DNA of 64,000 nucleotides from Mytilus trossulus (Eukaryota): NCBI RefSeq assembly GCF_036588685.1, contig NC_086385.1, positions 27,861,216 to 27,925,215 of the forward strand, read 5' to 3'. Shown piece by piece: positions 13,086 to 26,034 of this stretch (position 1 is its first letter; each line of letters starts with the position of its first letter). The notes under the pieces were generated by a model. It saw only the letters and a program-made list of their open reading frames with translations, ran no database searches and was not told where the DNA came from. The position numbers and the translations under genes were made by a program.

Positions 13086-16000
13086 TCATAAACGCGTTTT
13101 AATATGACACAGAAAAGCGAACATCCTCAATTAACCAAAATAAGTTCAAACGAAAATTGTCGCTTGCCACTTAATGAAGGGAAACGTATACTACTGTTAC
13201 CTTTATTAATAGCATTTTAAGTCTTTGACATGGGGCACGTAAAAAATTCAAAGATAAATTTGAAAATGAATTATAATCAAACAGATTGTTTTTGATACTT
13301 GTTAACAAAAAATTGGAATTTGACGAAATAGATTTACAAGTATAGTTTTAATTTCTGTAAAGACAACATATCATTTGCGTATACAAGCAAAAATGAGCAT
13401 TGTATATCAATTCACTTTGTTTGGGCTGTACTAGTATATCAAATCATTTAATCTCCCTAGTATGAGAGCCAGTGAATCTGTAAAACTGAAATCTTTTGGA
13501 TATGATGGATATATCGCTTTAAGTACATAGACAATGGAAACAGGAAACTGCGAAATAAGTTTCTTTTGGGAATAATTTCCCAACAAAATCTAAGTTTTCA
13601 ATCATGTAGGCCTCTAGATTTATTTTTGTATAAATTCCTAGTCTTATAAACTATCTTGTCTTTTATTTGGCAGCGCAGTCGCTTTGCATTGAAGTAATTT
13701 TGGAGTAAATATCACAGACTGAATGTTTTCACAAGAGAAATAATTTCATACAAATGAACGCAGGTAATTCGAGTCTATTTATTTCTCTTTTTATTTATTA
13801 AGGAAACTATCGTCCGATCAGATTCCAATCATCATCGTTTTCGCTTAATCAATACGAAAGCGCCAAAGCGTCAATTTAAAAATTATTGTTAAATTTTGAT
13901 TGCTTAAGATATATCTTTCTTTTTACCTGTAATGCTATATGTTTGATATGACTGTACGGTTGTTTTTCTTTGTTATTCTTCTGTGAATTATTTTGTATAA
14001 TTAATGTAGTTGGAAATGTTTATATGTATACATATGTTTTAACGTTCATGTGTAACATCTTTAATTAACTGAACAGTGGCATTGTCGCGAAGCTGTTTAT
14101 GTAATTTATACTGAAGATTGTTACAATATATATCAACACAAAATAATGATAGTAATGAATATTATAAAAGAATGTATGTAAAAGTCTTATTACCTAACGA
14201 AAAAACAAAGAAAAAAAAAGATGAGAGAGAAGACACAAATAGATAAAACACAGATTATAGAATGTTACAAATGAATGATAATAATTAAAAAGATAAAGAA
14301 TGATCGACGTCTGAATATCTCACAAAATAAAGTAAACACAAAAAGTGCGTTACAGATGATGAACAACGTACATATATTTTTAGTACATAAAATATCCTGT
14401 AATATGGATGATTATGACAAGAGAAGAACTTATAAGTTAAGGGAAACAAATGTGCTAACCTTAATAACTTAAAAAAGAAAAATGAAATAAAAAGGGCATT
14501 TCAGATGAGAGAGAAAGTACAAGTTGATAATACTCAAACAAATCATTGTGAATGAGATAAAACTGTATATTGTTCTTCTAGTTATATCACAGCTTGGATA
14601 TAAAAATTAGAAAAAATTATAAACAAATACATTGTAGCTGTCTGGCAATACAAATTGACAATGCTTCATTATTACGATTATTCATTTTGCCTCGAATAAC
14701 AATAAAAAAAAGATTTGCTGAGGACATCTTTATTATTTATCACTGAGAACAACTCTCTGTCAGGTAAAACAGCATCACATGTGTTGTTATGACTGTTCAG
14801 ATACCTCAAACCAAACTACATTTTTGAACTTATCAATTTTTTTCGAAACATCATGAGTTTTATCATCTGCATTTGTTGTCTACATATTTTGTGTAAGATT
14901 TTAAAAAGAAAAATAACAAACTACATGTATCAAAAAAAAATCATTGAAAATTCAAATTGAAAGTCCCATATCTAATGGCTATTGACAAATGACAAAGGTT
15001 TCAACAGATATTTAAGATATGAGACAGCTCTTCAATCAAGTCGTAATTTGTAAAAGAAAAACAATCAAAATTAAAGTACCGTCCTCAACACAAAGTCTTT
15101 TACTCACATCCAAGAGTACATCATAAAGGTCCATGCAAAATGACTAGTGTACGACCCTCAAAATGGAAAGCAACTGTCTGATCTATATAGAAATCAAAAT
15201 TGAGAAACACTAATGAACCACATAAACAGACGACAACTACTGGATATCAGGTTCCTGAATTGGGCCAGAAGCAAATACATGCAGCTCGTCTAAACGTTTT
15301 AATAGGTACCAGCAACAAGCCTTACACAAGGCATTGCACCACAACATTAAAAGACACAATATAGCATATCACTGTAAACGGCGAACTCATTTCCATGACA
15401 TATAAAGCCAATAGTGAACATACATTGAACGTAAATTGTTTTCATCTATGACGCAACATCACCATGTTAATACAGTATCAATAAAATAACGGTGAATAAT
15501 AAAAGCAACAGTAGTTACATCTGTGAAATTTGAAAAAATTGAAAAAAGTAAAACAGAGATAAAAGAGAAAGAAACAAAATAGTAAGGTTAAGATATATGT
15601 TTTACAAAACAAATAATTTTGTGTTCATAGTATGAGTTAAAGAGGAGAAAGTTAATCATCATACTATACACGTACCAAAGCTGGTAGACATCTACAATTG
15701 TTGCCTCCACAAATATCCTTAATAAACTCATCATAGATACCAGGACTAAATTTTGTAATACATGTAAATTTGTTTTTAAATTCTATCAGTTCAGTATCAG
15801 TGTTTACTTGACATATTAACTAATAATTTTCACATAGAAGTATCTGAGTAATGTTGACTTTGTTTACCACTTTTATTTTTACAAATCTATTTTAAATTTT
15901 AACAACCAATTATTTACTACACATACATGCAACAAGTAAAAACACAGAAATAAATGCAAGCAATTAAAAAATGTAAGAAAAACAAAACAAAGGATAAAAA

Positions 16001-16304
16001 AGATGAAAACACATCCCTTATCAAGTTTGAAACTATAACATTGATAATGGACAACTGCATTAGTGCCAATAAGACTCGCTTTGTAACAGTTGTTATACAA
16101 ATTTTTAACAAAGTTAACAAAAGAATTTAAAATTAATGGTATGCCATTGTTATGCCTCTAAACCTTTTTACATCAGTAAAATATTTTTCATCGCATTGCG
16201 AAAAGCAGAAAATTAATTATTTAAGCCGAAGGAAATTGTATCTTGTTATACTGTTTTTGCTTCTGGTGGTATGTATGTTTGTCAGTTGAAAAAAACTTAT
16301 TCGG

Positions 16305-16339
16305 TATAAAAGTATACAAATAGATTCAGCAAATCATTC
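16305..16339 (+). promoter_or_regulatory. TATA box (TATAAAAG, 16305-16312) and Inr-like TCATTC (16334-16339)
   Basis: Canonical -31 spacing, 27 nt upstream of the ATG at 16363. Confidence 0.65.
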
Positions 16340-16362
16340 TACACATTATATAATCTGTAGAC

Positions 16363-16413
16363 ATGATGACCAGGTTCCTGTTTTCAGCAGTTATGGTTGC
16401 TCTTGTAACACAG
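16363..16413 (+). CDS. peptide precursor exon 1 (signal peptide)
   Basis: MMTRFLFSAVMVALVTQ then CAG|gtatgt. Confidence 0.8.
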
Positions 16414-19400
16414 GTATGTAAAATTTTGTATTGTCATGTCAAGATTATTTGATTGTAATATCAACAGCTTGTCTGACTGTTTTGATGCATTAAAATATGA
16501 TTTCCAGTATTTAAGAGTTGGCGTTTGATGTTATATCTAAGATAAAGATGTATTGAATTTTTTTTTAAATTCAAAAACGATCTAACGATGAGTCATCTGT
16601 TTGAAAGAAAAACGTCTAGTAAATGATAATTGTAAATTAAAAGCAAATCAATAATTGAAATGATGTTTTTCAGGACACATTAAAAAACTGGTTAAGCAAA
16701 TCAATTTCAAAAATGTATGAAACATGTACACTAGAATTATGTGGAGGGAAACACAATACTTTGTCAAAAAGTCAAAGTAAATACTTTGTTAAGATTGCAT
16801 GTAAATTAAACAAACCAAATTATCTTAGTGAAAGTTTTTGGTACCACCTTAAAGCATAAAATAAGATGCAATATGTGTTCTGCATTTCAGGTGCTTTGTA
16901 AAAGTTTACTGGATGCAAGGTATGAACATTTATTAGTCTAGTCCGAGTTTACTCTGACGTCCAACAGCTGTTTTGCCAGACAGGCTGGGGCCGTGGGACG
17001 TCAGAGCTCGTTCCATTTTAGACAATGGATATTTGCACTGCTTCATCGCTTCTTGAGCCGACTGAGGGCCTTGGAATTATATAAATCGGGTATCAATCTC
17101 TTCTTTTTCATTTATCTTTTTCATATATGTAAGTTTCATCTACCTGCCAACCTTTATTTTTCTATATTTTAACAGTTTTTACAGAGACCCATCGGTTTGT
17201 GCATTATGCCTTTCATTTTCAAAGATTATCACGTGACCACGAGAAAACAGTGCAAATGAACATAATGTGACACCTCGTTCATTTACGATGCAAGTTACCT
17301 AATTGTTCGAGAGCTTCCGATTGTTATCGTGGTCGGAACTAGATGCTAACTACCAATCTCATGTAAAGGAGGTAAAAAAATATAAATATTTGCATATTTG
17401 AGTCTCGAGGCCACGAACTCTCTCGTAACTTGACGTCCATTTGAAAATGAAAGTCTAAATGCATAAACCGATGGGTTTCTGTAAAAACTGTTAAAATGTA
17501 GAAAAATAATGGTTGACAGGTAGGTAAAAACTTACATATAAGAAAAGATAAATGAAAAAGGAAGAGATTGATGCCCGATTTATATAATTCCAAGGGCCTC
17601 AGTCGGCTCCAGAAGCGATTAAGCAGCGCATTTATTTTGGGTGGTCAAATATCCACTTTTTGATATGGAACGAGCCCTGACGTCCCCAGCCCCAGCTTGT
17701 CTGGCAAAACAGCCGTTGAACGTCAGAGTAATCTCGGACTATTATTAGTCTTGAATCATAATGTATATCTCCAATCAGTTACTCAGAATATATATTAAAC
17801 ATTAAATGGTGTGTGTTTGTGAGTTATGGATTTCATGTTTGGGTAAATAATGTATCTTTTTAAATTGAATTTACATATTCCTTTTATTTGTGCTCTTGTA
17901 GTAATACTTTGCTTATTTGTATGACTTTTGATACCGTCTTAATGTCACCACAGCCTGTCGCATTTTCACGAATGTGAAATATCGAACTAGGCTAATAACC
18001 AGATATGTTCTCTCTCTTATGAGCAACACAAGTTGGGCAGAATCTGATTACCTATCAAGATCAATCCAATTGTTTAGGTATTCGTGTTATTCGGTTTTTG
18101 TTTTTCTATGATATGTACCATTGTTCGTCTGTTTGTCTTTTTTCATTGCATGACAATGCGTTAATTTTCGTTTTTTTTTCAAATTATAAGATTGAATGTT
18201 CCTCAGGTATCTGTAACTCCTTTGTTTTGACGTGATGCGAAATGCATACATCCCACTTTCGGTTTGTTTAATTCGAACGTCCCTGGTTAAGTTGGTGAGG
18301 AAGTTAGATCCTGACATTATATTTTCCATTTTGTTAACCCTTTGAATTGAATGTATTACGGTATGAACTATCAACTACAGAAAAAAATATCATTGCCTCC
18401 TTGTTTGTATATTATCAACTTACGAAATTTCCTTTAACAATTTTTGTTCGTGTTTTTGTTTAGATTTATTTATATGTTTCTCTGAATGTTTCAGTCATAT
18501 TTTTTGTATAACTGTGATGCGTGGTAATATTTTTATTTTTGGATCCCAATTGAACATACATTAAAACTGAATTAAAAAAATTAAAAAGAAGGAGTCTGAA
18601 AATATAAATTAAAATATATCTGTATATTTTGAACGGACACATGCTATAGGTTATTGTTCTGTTTGTTTTCCTGATGACAGGGTTTATATCTTGAAAATTT
18701 GACAGCCTGTGTATCCCACATGACATTTATCTTTTAAATTGTCTTATACATGTACTTGTTAATTGTAATGGCAGAACAAAACATTTCATCAAAATTTCTA
18801 AGATTCCAAATAATGTTTTTATATATATATATATTTATTTAAATAATGTTTAACATTACAATCACAAAAAAAAAGATTTTCAAGGAAAATTCGAAATAAA
18901 AGAAAGGACATTAACAAATTGCAAATCAAAAGCTCAAACACATTAAATGTATGGATAACAACTGAGAGGTTCCTGTATTTGTACAGGCATTTTCTAATGA
19001 AAAAAATGAGGTGAATGAATCTGGTTGTATAGCTAGGTACATATCTATTTTGTATGATAACTGCAAAACTTATTTAGACACTTTTAACACGGGAATTTTT
19101 TGTAGCTACAAATCACTATACAAACATTTAAAGCTTTAAAAGGAACGAACCATCACACTAATATAAAACAATAGTGTTACACTACAACATAAAAAGTCAC
19201 ATGATGTAATATCTATCAATATATACTTACTTTGTTTAACTCATTCAGATATAGAAATAAGTAGATGTGGTTTTAAAATGGTCATTGTCATATTATAGTT
19301 CGTTTCTGTGTGTGGTCAATTTGATTTTTTTTTGTTTCTGTTGTGTCGTAGGTCTCTTATATTTGATGCGTTTCCCTGAGTTTTAGTTTGTAACCCAGAT

Positions 19401-22400
19401 GTGTTTCTTCTCAATCGATTTATGAATTTCGAACAGCGGTATCTTACTGTTGCCTATATTGACAATGAGATGTATCTTCATTTTAGTCACAAAGTGCAAA
19501 AAATAAACTATAATCAGTCAAACTATGACTCTTATCACGGAGCCTTGTTTGACAACGAACAGCATTTTTATTGTGAAAACAATCAATAAAAGTACAAAGG
19601 TTCTCATCTATATAATATAACAGAGACACGGGAAACCATTATAAAAAAAGCAAATGCTGAACAACCAGTTACTGACCTATCGTCAACTGATGACTTCAAA
19701 GATGCGTTCAATTTTCATTGCGTTTTTTTTTCAATTGTTATTAACAAATGATTGACCTTTTTCAGCACAGAGAAGCGTAATGAAGGTAAGATATTTACAA
19801 AAGAAAAACTAATTTCGCCGGAGGTTTATAATGTACTTTTTTGATAACTTAAAAAAAGCTAATGGTAAAATGAAAAGAAGGTACCTTACAACTGAATCAA
19901 ATTGTTTTGTTCGTTGAATTTTCAAAAAAATGACATAATACTAACCTCAACCCGTTGAAACATATATAAAAAATTCAAAGAATAAGAACCACACAATAAA
20001 TCGAAAAAAAACTGTAAGGATATGTTTATTATTCTAGAAACACATTCGATATATAATTGTTGTCAATAAACGAATATAATACATCCTGCAATTTGCTAAA
20101 GATCTTTGCAACAAAAAATGTCTCAATACAAAGAAAAGAAGAAGTTATCAACAGATTTGCATAACATCTGTTTCAGAAAACAAAATTTAAAGGACTTCAT
20201 TAATATTGATTCATTAAGTATAAAAAACAAGTTCCATGATTTTTTCTTCAGGTTACAAAGAAAATATATGTATTAGTTGGTTTATTTTCTGTTTGTAGAA
20301 AACAAAAGAAGCGCTACAATCGTTACAGGTAAGGTTGACAAACAATAGTTCAGATCTATGTTGATACACCTTCATTCAATTTTCATTGTTTGGGTGTAAA
20401 CATTCACAAAAAAAACGCAAAAAAACAAACAAACAAAATAAACAACTTATAATGATCCTCTGAAATAAATGGATATGTATGGAGGTAATTTGACATTTGA
20501 TTTGAGACTGTTTGGTTCATCAACTCCTAGACATTATTCGATCATGTGACCGTTAAGTGATCAACGATTTTTTCATGAATCGAAAATGCAATTATTATAA
20601 AAAATAAATTGGAAGGAATTGCTGTTATGTTGCTTTTTTTTCTATTTCAAAAAGCAAAAACAAAATATGTTGTGCACATGCCAGTGTGCTCCGCGTTTTT
20701 GAAGTTATATCTTCAACGACTGTTAAAAATATTTCCGTTTTTGATAACAAAGCTACACATAACTAAATGCCATAATGGAATGTCGTACAAACAAAAACTC
20801 CTCGAATTAAGGGTTCAAATTTACTGTGCAATTTAACTTTAGCGTGCATTTAATTATATTAAATAATCTGTTTGTGAGCTATATATAAATGCCAAATAAT
20901 TAGAATTTCAGAATATTGATGTCACACATAAGAGATAACTGTTTTGATTGCTAACGCCTCAACGGCATCAATCAGTGATTTGTTGGTCGCAAATTTAGTT
21001 AACTGGCGACGTGTCAGCGGAACTTATCATTACATCTTGTTTTCTACATGTTTATTGAATGGACAGAAAATAACGTCATCTCACACATTTTTAAAACTGT
21101 CATATGTCTTCTGTATTTGTTAGTATTTTTTACATACTAGTCTTATATCTATTGCCCATCTATAATTACTTTAATTGGATTTGTCAATTATATTTTTTTT
21201 TTTTTGGTTTTTACTTCGATAAACCATGTTTCCGAAACTGCTATCGTAATCTATTCGTGTGCGATACAGTCTTGCAGGGATTTTGATCAAGCTGAGATTA
21301 TAAAACACTTGCATAACAGTTGTTTATACTTTATGCATAAACAACACAAAAACATAAAATAAATGTACTAAAGCTTCGAAAATGTATGAAAATGAAACTC
21401 ATATGAAATTTCGCAAAATTTCATGAAGGTTTGGCAAATTTACGTAACAGCAAAACACGACGGCATACCAATGTAAATTGTCAAGGGAAAGATTATTTCG
21501 TCACGTGTACGCTTCAATTTCGGATAATAATTGATTTTAGAAAAAAGTAGAGGGTAGGAGCTATTTCATTTTAGATTCTGTTGCATTTATCGGACATTTA
21601 TGTTTTTTTAGAAAGTCAAGATGGCGGCGTATGCTTTAGTTAATGGTGGTAAATATAGCAGCCATCAAACAAATTATGTATATTTATAGTCGTGTATCTT
21701 TGGCTGAAGAATAATAAGGATTAAGCACATTTTTTTGCTATATGATATTGATATGAAAACCGGGAATCTTACTCTAAATCTTAATCTCCCCGGTTTTCAC
21801 ATCAATAACCTCTAGAAAACATGTCTATAATCCTATAATAAATTTTGAACCGATGTCATACACATTGGTGACGTTATTTAATCAAATTAAATGTAGAATT
21901 AGATTATGTTATGTTTTTCCTATTACATTAAGTAATATATCCTTTTAGGATCTTGTGGCAGATGCTTTATTGGGTGTCCAACCGGACAGGAAGTCCGTCA
22001 GTGTACAGCAGATGATTTCAAGAACAACCGTGTGATTTGTGAATGTACACCCATATCAGGTGAAATCTTATTGTTTAACAATTGTGTATTGTAGCAGAAA
22101 AATGATTTCCGTGCCCTAAATTTTTTTTTTTTTTTTTTTTTTAGATATGGTATGATTGTCAATGAGCCAATTCTCCAAAAGAGACCAACTATAGATCACC
22201 GTATTGCCTACGACAATGAGCAAAATCCATACCACATAGTGAGCTACAAAAGGCCTCGAAATGACAATGTAAAACAATGCAAACGAGAAAATCATATTTT
22301 ATTTATATAAAAAAATGTATGAAAAACAGCTATCGTTTGAAAACAATATACGACTCTTATTATTTTGCATAATAGTTTCCAATGAAGTTTTGATACTGTA

Positions 22401-25075
22401 TAACAAGAACTACTTATAATATATTTCCTGTGATTTTGTAATTAGTGATTAAACTTTTTATTAAAAACGCGAGAGCCTCGTGGAATTATTAAATTTGGCT
22501 AAATTTCGAATCTCTTGTTTTAATATATTTTGGACTAATCATCATGAGTTTGTGATAATTCGATTTTTCTTTTTTTTTTTTTAACGTAGATGCACTTCTT
22601 TTATAGTTTTCCTTGAAATAATATTTTTATGATTCTGTTTGCAGGGAGTAAAAGAGGCGTTTTGAACGAGGTGAGCTAGGATTTTTTTTTATTTCCTTGC
22701 ATTACGTTCATTATAACTTAAACTATTACAAAAAAGGGGAGATACCAGAGGGACACTCAAAATCATATATCGAAAATAAACTAACAACGTCAAAGCTAAA
22801 AATGAATAAGACAAAAAGACAGACAATAGTACTCATGACAAAACATAGAAAACTTAAGAATAAGCAACACGAACCCCACAAGACACTAGGGTTGATCTCA
22901 TGTGCTTTGGAAGGGTAAGCAGATCCTGATCCACATGTGGCAACCGTCGTGTTGCTCTTGTTCTAAAATTTCCAAAAATAGTCTAATTAGATGTATCACA
23001 TTCATGAAAAGGAAGGGGACTGTAGTTATGATGTAAGTTACATATCCGAAATCATTTGTGAAACGGGTATTCCATAACGGTCACCCAACTCGTGATGGCG
23101 TAAAGTAGTAAATGCAACATATTTTTTCCATAGATAAAAAAATTTGGTTTTGAGGTTTGGTTGTACGGAAATTTAGAAATGATCCATGTAAACTTGTTGC
23201 TCTTTTAAATAAACTTATTCTAAAAGGTTACCTATTCAACACTGTAATACGATACTTGAATATTGTTTTTATTGGTATACATATTAATGGATTAAAAGGT
23301 AACTAAATATTACTAGTATGTTTTATACATATACATATTCATGGATCTACAATCTGTCGATACCTGTAATTTGGCATTGTACAAGGTCATGTGTTTCTCT
23401 GGCTGTTTATGGCGTCTTTACACTTACTATATTTGATGTGTACGGTTGATTATTTAGTCTTAGATGCATGACTTTTTTATTAGTTATTACTGGCTTTGAT
23501 CTAGCTGTCAAATAACTTCGAGTTCTCTCAGATTTGTTCATTGTGTCTTGTGTCGATATGTATAAGTACCCGGCCACGCTTAATTGTATTTTTGTCTATC
23601 TGATGATTTAAGCCTTTTCCAACTGATTTTTATAGTTCGTTCTTATGTTGTACTGTTAAACCACTGTCCAATGTTAAGGGGAGGGTTGGGATCCCGCGTT
23701 TTTTGTTATTTTTTTTACATAAATAAGCCCGTTAGTTTTCTCGTTTGAATTGTTTTACATGTCTTATCGGGGCCGTTTATAGCTTACTATGTGGTATGGG
23801 CTTTGCTCATTGTTAAAGGTCGTACGGTGACCTATAGTTGTTAATGTTTGTGTCATTTTGGTCTTTTGTGAATAGTTGTCTCATTGGCAATCATACTTCA
23901 TCTTTTTATATAAGCATTAGAATAATACCCGTGCTATGACAGTGTAAGATTGACTAGATGTTGATACATACTCGAAATGCAAGGCAACACTCAGTCAATA
24001 TATACCATTTGGGTGATGACAGAGTCGTTGTCAATATATCACATCCGGTTGAAGGCAGAGTCTTTAATGTTATAGCCAAATGAATATTCTGGTATATAAT
24101 GATTGAGACCATGTAAAAGTGTTGCATGTATGGTGAGACAATAAATATCAGATAATCGTCATACACTTATATTCTGTTGATTTCCTTCCTTCTGATTCCA
24201 TATCCGTGTTGACGCAGCTTTTGTATTTAAGAGGCACACCATTTCATATAACGTATGTGGTTGAAATGTAAAGCACAAAACACATAAACGGCATACGATT
24301 TACAGATAGTAGGTAACTATTGGAAAATGGGAAGTGAACAATTAGAAGTTTGTAGCACTAATACATAAAAACAATCTGACATTCTATTGTCGGCAGTTAT
24401 CGTTGCTTTACGTTCACTAGGATTTGTGAGATGTTAACACTCACTGATATAGAAATGAAGATATATCTTAACATGCTGAAGGTGAAATATTAAAACGTAT
24501 CAGTATAGACACAATATTGACCTTAATAAGAAGTTTAAAAATAACCATACTATGACATCAAATGATCGAAAGGCAAAAACTTGATAAAAACATAGAGACA
24601 GAAACCCCTACAAACTATTTAAATGTAATTTTTTAATGCAAACATCTTACAGTGGCTATGTTTTCTATTTGTGCATTACTTATCCAACTTTTTGGATAGT
24701 TAATTTGGTTATTAATATGATTACACTATTACTATTAACCAACTCATACTTTATTTCACGTTTTACCCTTTCAAGACCACTTCTCGGCTATGTAATGTTA
24801 TGACTTTTCTGATTTGCTTGATGTAGAAAAAAAGAAAAGCAAATCAATTTTAATCGCATTATTTTGTTACAAAAAGTCTCATATACATGATATACATCGC
24901 TTGTTGGTTAACATTATCAAACATGATCAATGTAGCCTTTTAAGATACATTATTACATAACGGATATGATTGGCGGTTTACTTCGCATGTTAATGCTTCA
25001 AGTGTGCATTTGGATAGGTAAATAGCTTAATTCTAAATGAACTATTGAAATTATCTTTGTTTTTTACAGGAATAG
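16363..25075 (+). CDS. secreted cysteine-rich peptide precursor, 90 aa, 7 exons (16363-16413, 16891-16919, 19766-19785, 20299-20328, 21949-22059, 22645-22670, 25070-25075)
   Basis: All introns are GT-AG with matching phases (0,2,1,1,1,0). Product: MMTRFLFSAVMVALVTQVLCKSLLDASTEKRNEENKRSATIVTGSCGRCFIGCPTGQEVRQCTADDFKNNRVICECTPISGSKRGVLNEE*. It has a signal peptide, three KR sites and 6 Cys in the mature region. TATA/Inr lies upstream and AATAAA at 25165-25170. Confidence 0.8.
16939..17741. mobile_element. 803-bp non-autonomous DNA transposon with long TIRs and a 9-bp TSD (AcademH- or MULE-like)
   Basis: Termini TAGTCCGAG...CTCGGACTA; ~290-bp inverted arms; TSD ttattagtc at 16930-16938 and 17742-17750. 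Confidence 0.85.
21949..22059 (+). CDS. peptide precursor exon 5 (six-cysteine mature domain)
   Basis: ccttttag| GSCGRCFIGCPTGQEVRQCTADDFKNNRVICECTPIS |gtgaaa; GC-richer than the flanks. Confidence 0.85.
22730..23100 (-). mobile_element. Penelope-like retroelement 3' fragment (dispersed family)
   Basis: Reverse complement matches the 26920-27130 fragment (catcacgagttg..gacc, gagcaacacgac..gccacatgt); related pieces at ~17950-18220 and ~63370-63580. Confidence 0.55.
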
Positions 25076-25164
25076 GTATGGTACTTGCTGGACGCATTCT
25101 GATATGGTTGTTGTTTTTTCGGAAATAACCATTAGTGGATTGGATTTAACCAACTAAAATACAA

Positions 25165-25170
25165 AATAAA
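25165..25170 (+). promoter_or_regulatory. polyadenylation signal AATAAA of the peptide gene
   Basis: 90 nt after the TAG stop. Confidence 0.5.
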
Positions 25171-26034
25171 ATTTTCGTCAGTTTCAAATAGAACCTAGAT
25201 GGTTTATGTTGTCCGTTTTTTTTCTTTCAAAGTGTTTGCTAATTCAACTTCTTTATATGGCAAACCATATGGTTAATCTCTTGATTAACTAGTTATTATA
25301 ATTCTTTCTTACCTCAAACATGTTCAGTTTCAAAAACTGAAAAATTTGATGCCTAAAATTGCACGATAGGTCAGTCAAAATATCTGTTATCGATCAAGTA
25401 AAAACAGAAATTTTTAAATATTAGTAGTCTTTAACACATGTAATTTTATTTTGTAATGTGACATCGTCGAAAGGTAACATCAGAAGCATCATAACTTCTT
25501 TCAGTTTAAGTCTACTCTTTTTCAAGAGGAGTTCAGGTTGTTACATTAAACTTACACGTAGACAATAGTGGACCGGGTATGATCCCAAAGCCGACCAAAG
25601 ATTCTACCTCTATGACAAGTGTACAACAATCCTTTACTTTGCCATCATTGTGTAAATAAAAAAAAACTGACAAACGATATACAAATGCGTCAAAATAGGG
25701 ACACTCAAGTCGGCTGATTTGTTATCTCTGAGCGGGTTGTTGTCTCTTCGACATATGTCCCATTTCCAATTTTCCATTTTCCATTTTTATAATATCAAAC
25801 ATTACATTTGTATAAAAACAAACAAATATGTCAACAAACATTTATGCCAAGGTTATCAGCTTTGTACAGTATTCTTTCAAAGAAAACTATTAATTTGATT
25901 GAAAGAGTTTACTGGCCATTTATTTTATGGAAACAGTCGCACGTTAAATTGAAATTTAAACATTTTCTGAAATCAAATTATGTCAACAAAACATCAAAAT
26001 AGATATAACCTCCTGTATGGTGTTATATCAAATT

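Noticed and set aside
7505-16120. Numerous 60-85 aa ORFs
   Set aside because: Low-complexity AT-rich or repeat-derived, with no motifs or splice support
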